A stretch of 30,539 nt of DNA from an uncultured Coriobacteriaceae bacterium. Its GTDB lineage: Bacteria > Actinomycetota > Coriobacteriia > Coriobacteriales > Atopobiaceae. A program made the position numbers and the translations under genes. Shown here one piece after another: positions 24,462 to 30,539 of this stretch. The stretch's first letter is position 1; the number at the start of each line of letters is the position of its first letter. The DNA is taken from NCBI GenBank assembly GCA_964459685.1, contig CAYWNN010000001.1, positions 1 through 30,539 on the forward strand, given 5' to 3'. Below the pieces are notes generated by a model. That model had not been told where the DNA came from, did no database searches, and saw only the letters and a program-made list of their open reading frames with translations.

Positions 24462-26486
24462 ATGGGCACTATGTTCTACATAGGGATAGTGGTATGCGTC
24501 ATCGTTGTTGCGCTGCTTGTTGCCGCATGGCTCCTACGTACGAAGCGCAGCTTATCCTTTGATATTGGCGGGCAAGGACCTCGCGCATCAGGCGGCTCAG
24601 ATTCCTCCGTAGAAAAAGGCTTTAAAACACGTCTTATGGCCATGGGGGGAATATGCAGTGCTATCTTTGCCTTCCTTGCTATTCGCCTCTGGCATATGCA
24701 GCTGATTTCTGGCGATGAATACACCGCACAAGCAGAGAGCAATCGTACGCGTACCGTTACCTCAGATGCAGCTCGAGGGCGTATTCTCGATTGCAACGGA
24801 GAAGAGTTGGTGAGCAATCGCTCAAGTCTTGCCGTTGTGGCGGATGCAGATGTCGCTGATGATGCTGTTGAAGTACAGGTATTAGCCAATTTGTTGGGCA
24901 TGCCTATGGTTGCGTGCCTGCGAAAGATACAGAGTGAATCTGAAGGTGCTCAGTCAGCCCGTACCGTTATGAGCGATGTGACCAATCGCGCAGTAGCAAT
25001 GATTCAGGAGCGTTCATATATCTTCGATGGCGTATCAATTGAAGAACGGGTGCAAAGAATCTACCCACAAGGCAGCTTAGCCTCTCAAGTCCTTGGTTAT
25101 ACCGGAAGTGTTACCCAGGAACAGGTGGATGCAAGTGCCTCTGATGATAGCTCTATTGAATATGAGCTTGGTGATACGGTGGGGCAGTCTGGTATTGAGT
25201 ATCAATACGAGGCAGTGTTACAAGGCATTCGTGGTGAGCAAACGGTATATGTTGATGCTGATGGAAATGTATTAGAACAATCTACATCGGTAGCTCCACA
25301 ATCAGGTTCCGATTTGGTCTTAACCATAGACAGCACCATTCAGGCAGGTGCTGAAGCTGGTCTTGAGCATGCCATAGAGATGGCTCATCAAGCTGGCTAT
25401 ACCAACTGTTCATGTGGTGCCATAGTGGTACTTGACGCAAAGGATGGCTCAGTACTTGCTATGGCAAATACCCCTGGCTATTATCCAGCAGCTTTTATTG
25501 GGGGTATCTCAAATGACGACTGGGAAGCCATTTCATCAGAAGATGCAGGATATCCTCTACTCAACAGAGCTATCGCTGGCTTATATGTATCGGCTTCTAC
25601 CATTAAGCCACTCTCTGCCTTCGCCGCACTTGATTACGGCATTGCAACACAAGACAGTACCTATTACTGTTCGGGCTTTTGGACGGGCTTCGGTGAAGCC
25701 TATGGTCAGTACTGCTGGAACGAGGACGGTCATGGCACGATGACTCTGGGCTCGGGGATTGTCTATTCCTGTGACCCTGTTTTCTACGAAATTGCCAAGG
25801 ACTTTTATTATTCTGACAACCAGGAGGGTATACAGGAGACCTTTCGTAAGTGGGGCTTAGGCTCAGTAACAGAAGTGGACTTACCCGGTGAGAGCTATGG
25901 TCGCGTACCCGATGCAGAGTGGAAATGGAATTACTTCTCAGACTACTCCGATGAAGATCGCACGTGGCAGGGCGGAGATCTCACAAACCTTGTTATAGGT
26001 CAGGGTGATATTTTGGTTACTCCATTGCAGATGGCCTGCGCGTATATGGGGATTGCAAACAACGGAACTATTTGGCGGCCACATCTTCTTAAAGAGGTTC
26101 GCTCACAAGCAGGTTCAGGCTCTGTTATTGAATATGCACCAGAAGCAATTCATCAGGTAGAAGAAGATGCATCCTCATTCGAGCTCGTTAAAAATGCACT
26201 GGTAAGCGTCATATATGAAGAGGACGCATCTATGGCTGCTCACTTTACCAATCTATCGGTTACGGTTGCGGGCAAAACTGGTACCGGTGAGGTAACTGGT
26301 CACGATCACACGGGATGGTTCTGCGCCTATGCACCGGCAGATGATCCTCAATATGTTCTTGCCTGCGTTATGGAAGAAGGCGGATTTGGTTCCAATTCAG
26401 CGCTCTATGCTGTGCGCGATACTCTTGGTGTAATTTACGATGAGCCTGATACTGCAAGCAGCGTTTCAACGCAGAATGTCCGCTAG
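24462..26486 (+). CDS. mrdA: Penicillin-binding protein 2 (class B transpeptidase)
   Basis: RLWHMQL, ARGRILD, RIYPQG, GQSGIEYQYE, SxxK (STIK), SxD (SCD), KTG. Confidence 0.96.
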   Translation: MGTMFYIGIVVCVIVVALLVAAWLLRTKRSLSFDIGGQGPRASGGSDSSVEKGFKTRLMAMGGICSAIFAFLAIRLWHMQLISGDEYTAQAESNRTRTVTSDAARGRILDCNGEELVSNRSSLAVVADADVADDAVEVQVLANLLGMPMVACLRKIQSESEGAQSARTVMSDVTNRAVAMIQERSYIFDGVSIEERVQRIYPQGSLASQVLGYTGSVTQEQVDASASDDSSIEYELGDTVGQSGIEYQYEAVLQGIRGEQTVYVDADGNVLEQSTSVAPQSGSDLVLTIDSTIQAGAEAGLEHAIEMAHQAGYTNCSCGAIVVLDAKDGSVLAMANTPGYYPAAFIGGISNDDWEAISSEDAGYPLLNRAIAGLYVSASTIKPLSAFAALDYGIATQDSTYYCSGFWTGFGEAYGQYCWNEDGHGTMTLGSGIVYSCDPVFYEIAKDFYYSDNQEGIQETFRKWGLGSVTEVDLPGESYGRVPDAEWKWNYFSDYSDEDRTWQGGDLTNLVIGQGDILVTPLQMACAYMGIANNGTIWRPHLLKEVRSQAGSGSVIEYAPEAIHQVEEDASSFELVKNALVSVIYEEDASMAAHFTNLSVTVAGKTGTGEVTGHDHTGWFCAYAPADDPQYVLACVMEEGGFGSNSALYAVRDTLGVIYDEPDTASSVSTQNVR

Positions 26487-26493
26487 GTGTGCC

Positions 26494-27720
26494 ATGTTAC
26501 TCAATACTCCATCAAGTCAAAAGTCTGGGATGCACCTGCAGCAGAGTTTTACTCATGGCTCAAGGTCCAAGGGCTCCTTTAGAAGCATGCTCACCCATAA
26601 CCCGCTCACTGCCAAGCTGTATTTACCCGCGCTTGTTCCCCTCGTCCTTCTTATTATTTACGGATTAGTAGTAGTTTGGTCGGCTTCCTTATCCATTGAT
26701 GATGCTTCACTTCCGCGTCAGATGCTTGGCGTTGGCATAGGCGGGATAGCTGCATATATTGTGTGGCGCTACGATGTGCGAGTATTTGCAAATAAGACCA
26801 ATGTACTGCTCGCCCTCGACATTGCCTTGATGCTGCTACCAAGCCTGCCGGGCTTGGGCTATACCGCCAACGGTATGACTGGCTGGATTCGTATTCCCTT
26901 CATCGGGCTTACGCTTCAAACCTCAGAGATAGCCAAGCCAGTAACCATTCTTCTTATGGCTGCGATTACCGCTGAGCATAATGGTCGCATCGAAACGCTT
27001 AGGGACTATATAAAGCTGTGTATTACCCTGCTCATTCCGTTTATCCTCATCCTTACCCAGCCGGACCTCGGAACAGGCCTTGTTATTCTTGTGCTAGGTG
27101 CAGCAATAATTATTTGTGGGGGAGCGAAGCGTTCCTGGGTACTCGCAACACTTGCACTGCTTATTGCATCTGTTGTTCTTATCGTTTACACCTCGTCTCT
27201 ATCCGATTTTCCTATTAAGATCCTGAAGGAATACCAGCTGAACCGTCTTATAGTGTTCATCGATTCTTCGGTTGACCCAACAGGCTCAGGATATAACCTT
27301 CGGCAGGCTATGATTGCCGTTGGTTCAGGTGGGCTTTTTGGAAAGGGAATTGGCAATGCTACCCAAGCTGAGCAAGGTTTTTTGCCTTACGCTCATACCG
27401 ACTTCGTTTTTGCCTTGCTCAGCGAGCAATTCGGATTTGTGGGGGCTATGCTTCTTCTTGGCTTGTTCACGTGGCTTGTGCTCTCAATTCTTGCCCTTGC
27501 CATCCGGCTTGAGTCTTCCTTTGAAAAACTTGTTCTCGTAGGTGTTGCCGCTATGCTGACGTTTCAGGTATTACAAAGTGTTGGCATGTGCTTAGGTGTC
27601 ATGCCTATTACGGGCATTCCTTTGCCATTTATCAGCTATGGCTCGTCATCGATGCTTGGACAATTAATAAGCGCGGGGCTTGTGCAATCAATTTGGCGTC
27701 ACCGTCAAAAAGCTTCATAG
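26494..27720 (+). CDS. rodA: SEDS peptidoglycan glycosyltransferase RodA
   Basis: GWIRIPF, QTSEIAK, QPDLGT, GYNLRQAMIAVGSGG, LPYAHTDFVF (catalytic Asp), GIPLPFISYG. Start uncertain; ATG 26494 follows AGGTG. Confidence 0.95.
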   Translation: MLLNTPSSQKSGMHLQQSFTHGSRSKGSFRSMLTHNPLTAKLYLPALVPLVLLIIYGLVVVWSASLSIDDASLPRQMLGVGIGGIAAYIVWRYDVRVFANKTNVLLALDIALMLLPSLPGLGYTANGMTGWIRIPFIGLTLQTSEIAKPVTILLMAAITAEHNGRIETLRDYIKLCITLLIPFILILTQPDLGTGLVILVLGAAIIICGGAKRSWVLATLALLIASVVLIVYTSSLSDFPIKILKEYQLNRLIVFIDSSVDPTGSGYNLRQAMIAVGSGGLFGKGIGNATQAEQGFLPYAHTDFVFALLSEQFGFVGAMLLLGLFTWLVLSILALAIRLESSFEKLVLVGVAAMLTFQVLQSVGMCLGVMPITGIPLPFISYGSSSMLGQLISAGLVQSIWRHRQKAS

Positions 27721-27751
27721 CATATATGCGTTGAGCGTGGAGATTGTATCG

Positions 27752-27780
27752 TTGACCGGGTATTAGCTCGGTGGTAAAGT
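27752..27780 (+). promoter_or_regulatory. sigma70-type promoter for rplU-rpmA
   Basis: TTGACC-N17-TAAAGT with extended -10 TG (TGGTAAAGT). Confidence 0.75.
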
Positions 27781-27833
27781 ATTCTGCTGTTGCACAATTT
27801 CTCAATCCTGAGAGTCAATACCGAGAGGAAAGC

Positions 27834-28229
27834 ATGTACGCAGTAGTTAGCACAGGCGGCAAGCAGTATAAAGTCGCTAAAGGTGATCTTATCGATGTTG
27901 AAAAGCTCAATGTTGAGCCTGGTGATAAGGTCGAACTTGATGTTCTCATGCTCAATGATGGTAAAAAGACAACAGTTGTTGGTCTTGAGAAAACTAAAAT
28001 TGAGTGCACAGTAGTTGACCATCATAAGGGCGAAAAGCAGCTTGTCTTTAAGTTCCATAAGCGCAAGCGCTACCAGCGCACTAGGGGTCACAGGCAAAAC
28101 TACACTCGTCTTGAGGTAGGTGACATTCCTGCTTCTGCCCGCAAGAGGAGGGCTCCCAAGAAGACAGCTGCAGCCAAGAACAGCACTAAGAAGACCGAGG
28201 CTGCAACATCATCCGAAACTTCTGAGTAG
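27834..28229 (+). CDS. rplU: 50S ribosomal protein bL21 with C-terminal extension
   Basis: MYAVVSTGGKQYKV, FKFHKRKRYQRTRGHRQNYT. ATG 27834 follows GAGAGG. Confidence 0.97.
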   Translation: MYAVVSTGGKQYKVAKGDLIDVEKLNVEPGDKVELDVLMLNDGKKTTVVGLEKTKIECTVVDHHKGEKQLVFKFHKRKRYQRTRGHRQNYTRLEVGDIPASARKRRAPKKTAAAKNSTKKTEAATSSETSE

Positions 28230-28294
28230 GCAGAACAAACTAATAAGACAAAAGAGCAGAGACGTGCGCATCTGCGCAGATAGGTAGGTTTTCT

Positions 28295-28558
28295 ATGGCA
28301 CATAAGAAGGGTCAAGGCACATCACGCAATGGTCGTGATTCACAAGCTAAACGCCTTGGTACGAAGCGTTTTGCCGGGCAGCTTGTTTCCTGTGGTGAGA
28401 TTCTCGTGCGCCAGCGCGGTACTCACATTACTCCCGGTGACAACGTGGGACGTGGTAAGGACGATACCTTGTTCGCTCTTACCGATGGCGTTGTTGAGTT
28501 CACAAAGGGAAATAAGCACAAAGTGCATGTTCGTCCCGTTGAGGCTGTCGAGGCATAA
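28295..28558 (+). CDS. rpmA: 50S ribosomal protein bL27
   Basis: [33 protein letters not shown]. No N-terminal Prp-cleaved extension and no prp gene upstream. Confidence 0.98.
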   Translation: MAHKKGQGTSRNGRDSQAKRLGTKRFAGQLVSCGEILVRQRGTHITPGDNVGRGKDDTLFALTDGVVEFTKGNKHKVHVRPVEAVEA

Positions 28559-28593
28559 GCGCAAAGCAGCATTACAATTTTCCTTGTATGTGT

Positions 28594-28626
28594 GAAGGTC
28601 TCTTGGCTTTACGCTGAGGGACCTTC
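28594..28626 (+). terminator. Strong hairpin after rpmA (terminator or mRNA-stabilising stem)
   Basis: GAAGGTCTCTTGGC pairs with GCTGAGGGACCTTC (14 bp including 3 G:U) around a 5-nt loop; only a weak downstream U tract. Confidence 0.6.
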
Positions 28627-28731
28627 TGTCATAGCATTCCTTTTGTAGTACAAGCTGCTAAGGCTGTAAGCCAGCACCTATTGAGCATGATGTAATCTTG
28701 GACGTGGGTATTGAGGCGAGGAGCATGAACC

Positions 28732-30138
28732 GTGGCGGCATCTCATAACAGTATGTTTTTAGACCTATCGCGCATTTGTGTATGCGGAGGCGATGGGGGT
28801 GCAGGATGTATGTCCTTTCGCCGTGAGGCTCACGTTCCTAAAGGTGGGCCTGACGGGGGCGATGGAGGACATGGTGGCAATGTCATCCTTGAGGTAAACC
28901 CTCAAAAGTCATCACTCATCGACTATCGCTTTAAACATCATTTTCGGGCAAGCCGTGGAACGCATGGTCAAGGAGCGCGAAAACACGGAAAGGATGGAGA
29001 GGATCTCATCCTAGAAGTACCAGTTGGAACTGTTGTGCGCGAACTCGATCCTGAAACGATGGAACCTCTGTTTGAGATTGCCGACTTAACTCACCCGCAT
29101 GAGCGTTTAGTCGTGGGTCCTGGAGGAGTTGGCGGGCGCGGCAATATTCACTTTGTTACCTCGGTGAGACGCGCCCCAGCATTTGCGGAAAAGGGAGAGC
29201 CAGCTCAAGAACACTGGATAGAGCTGGAAATGAAATTGCTCGCAGATGTTGCGCTGGTTGGTATGCCGAGTGTTGGTAAAAGCTCTCTTATTGCGCGCAT
29301 GAGTGCTGCCCGACCAAAGATTGCCGACTATCCCTTTACCACACTCATTCCTAACCTTGGTGTCGTAAAGGCTCCCGGGGGCTCATCCTTCGTGTGTGCT
29401 GATGTACCAGGTCTTATTGAAGGGGCGAGTGAAGGGAAGGGCTTAGGTCACGATTTCTTACGTCATATTGAGCGCAGCGCCTTACTCGTTCATGTGATTG
29501 ATATTTCAGGTGGCATGGAAGGACGCGACCCAATAGAGGACTACGAGATGCTCAACCACGAGCTTGTAGCCTATGCAGCCGCCTTGTCCGAGCGACCACA
29601 GATCGTCGTAGCAAATAAGTGCGACATGCCAAACACGGAAGAGCGTCTTAAAGCCCTTGAGGAGCGCGTGGCAAAAGACTCACGCCGTCTTCTGAAGGTT
29701 TCGGCTCTTACCGGAGATGGCATAGCTCAGCTTGAAGCAATATGTGCAGACGAGGTAAGCCGTCTTCGTCGTACGCTTGACTTTGAGCCCATGAGGCACG
29801 ATCTCAACCATATGTGGGAAAGCAAGCGCAGGAAACGTGAGCGCTCATTTGAGCTCATTCGTGAGAGTGCACATAGCTGGCGTGTTCGTGGCACCTCAAT
29901 CGAGCGCATGGTGGTCCAAACAGACTGGGATAACGATGAAGCCATCACCTATCTGCAGCATCGTTTTAATCGTATAGGTCTTGATGATGCCTTAGAGAAA
30001 GCGGGTTGTGTCCCCGGTGATGAAGTAAAGATACTTGGTTATACCTTCAATTATGAGGGGGCTGCATCCGAAGATGTCTTTCGAGAGCTTGATGATAGAG
30101 AAGATAGTGTTCTCGGCGATAATGTATGGAATGGCTAG
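28732..30138 (+). CDS. obgE: GTPase ObgE/CgtA with C-terminal OCT domain
   Basis: Gly-rich Obg fold (GGPDGGDGGHGG), G1 GMPSVGKSS, G2 YPFTT, G3 DVPG, G4 NKCD, G5 SAL, C-terminal GCVPGDEVKI. Confidence 0.97.
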   Translation: MAASHNSMFLDLSRICVCGGDGGAGCMSFRREAHVPKGGPDGGDGGHGGNVILEVNPQKSSLIDYRFKHHFRASRGTHGQGARKHGKDGEDLILEVPVGTVVRELDPETMEPLFEIADLTHPHERLVVGPGGVGGRGNIHFVTSVRRAPAFAEKGEPAQEHWIELEMKLLADVALVGMPSVGKSSLIARMSAARPKIADYPFTTLIPNLGVVKAPGGSSFVCADVPGLIEGASEGKGLGHDFLRHIERSALLVHVIDISGGMEGRDPIEDYEMLNHELVAYAAALSERPQIVVANKCDMPNTEERLKALEERVAKDSRRLLKVSALTGDGIAQLEAICADEVSRLRRTLDFEPMRHDLNHMWESKRRKRERSFELIRESAHSWRVRGTSIERMVVQTDWDNDEAITYLQHRFNRIGLDDALEKAGCVPGDEVKILGYTFNYEGAASEDVFRELDDREDSVLGDNVWNG

Positions 30139-30147
30139 GAGGTAAGC

Positions 30148-30539
30148 ATGCAGAAGGCGCACCATACATCTCGCCTTATTGTGGTAAAAATCGGTTCATC
30201 AACACTGGTAGATGCAACGGGAGCTTTGGATAGAAGCTACATTTCTAACGTATGTAATCAGGTAGCAGAGCTTGTCGCCCAAGGAAATCGCGTCGTCATC
30301 GTATCGAGTGGTGCGATTGCTGCCGGTATGGAGCGTCTCAAGCTCGAAGAGCGTCCGTGTGAGCTGCCAGTACTTCAGGCTTGTAGTGCTGCTGGTCAGG
30401 CATCTCTTACCGAGGCCTATGCGGAGGCACTTGATGTACATGGTATAACCTGTGGTCAGGTGCTTATTACGCGCTCCGATGTAATGAATCGCTGCAGCTA
30501 CTTAAATATTAGAAATACCTTCGATACCCTGCTCGAATT
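30148..30539 (+). CDS. proB: Glutamate 5-kinase (truncated by the window end)
   Basis: ATG 30148 after GGAGG: MQKAHHTSRLIVVKIGSSTL...VVIVSSGAIAAG...QACSAAGQ...GQVLITRSD. Open to the window end, so absent from the ORF track. Confidence 0.95.
   Translation, partial: MQKAHHTSRLIVVKIGSSTLVDATGALDRSYISNVCNQVAELVAQGNRVVIVSSGAIAAGMERLKLEERPCELPVLQACSAAGQASLTEAYAEALDVHGITCGQVLITRSDVMNRCSYLNIRNTFDTLLE

Noticed and set aside
25760-25780. SxD rather than SxN in PBP2
   Set aside because: SxD is the established motif in E. coli-type PBP2 elongation enzymes.
27705-28097. 130-aa minus-strand ORF
   Set aside because: Shadow of rplU and its promoter.
28270-28281. 12-bp palindrome ATCTGCGCAGAT before the rpmA SD
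   Set aside because: Single occurrence; as a hairpin it gives only a 4-bp stem; no known motif match.
28725-28748. 7-codon mini-ORF MNRGGIS overlapping the obgE start
   Set aside because: GAGGAG is 1 nt from this ATG but well spaced (8 nt) for the obgE GTG at 28732.
1-30539. CRISPR arrays, IS elements, prophage, defence or toxin genes, frameshifted pseudogenes
   Set aside because: No repeat-spacer periodicity or transposase/integrase motifs. Intact genes fill the window and the intergenic gaps are too short to hide such elements.

Overview
Ordinary chromosomal housekeeping DNA with no mobile element, CRISPR array or defence system. The host is probably a member of the Coriobacteriia (Actinomycetota). 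This is an inference from mreBCD plus rplU-rpmA-obg-proB synteny, the absence of prp, and a Firmicutes-style aromatic operon. Contents in order: (1) trpS on the minus strand, truncated by the window edge and missed by the ORF track; (2) nrdD-nrdG with NrdR boxes upstream; (3) a minus-strand operon covering the route from DAHP to the Phe/Tyr keto-acid precursors (aroF-tyrA-aroB-aroA-aroC-pheA-aroE/K fusion-aroQ) plus a DUF368 membrane protein; (4) tRNA-Arg(CCG), a CtpE-like P-type ATPase and an overlapping acnA; (5) a two-zinc-ribbon membrane protein, a cyclophilin and a TPR membrane protein leading into mreB-mreC-mreD-pbp2-rodA; (6) rplU-rpmA-obgE and a truncated proB. The best leads are a DAHP synthase with two of four metal ligands and a PEP-binding Arg substituted, a candidate lineage-specific elongasome accessory module (PPIase + TPR membrane protein, the zinc-ribbon protein carrying a Wag31-like TQAIP phosphosite, and a PBP2 with an extra TM helix), and a P-type ATPase with PQGL instead of PEGL. 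All family calls come from motif recognition by eye; no searches were run.
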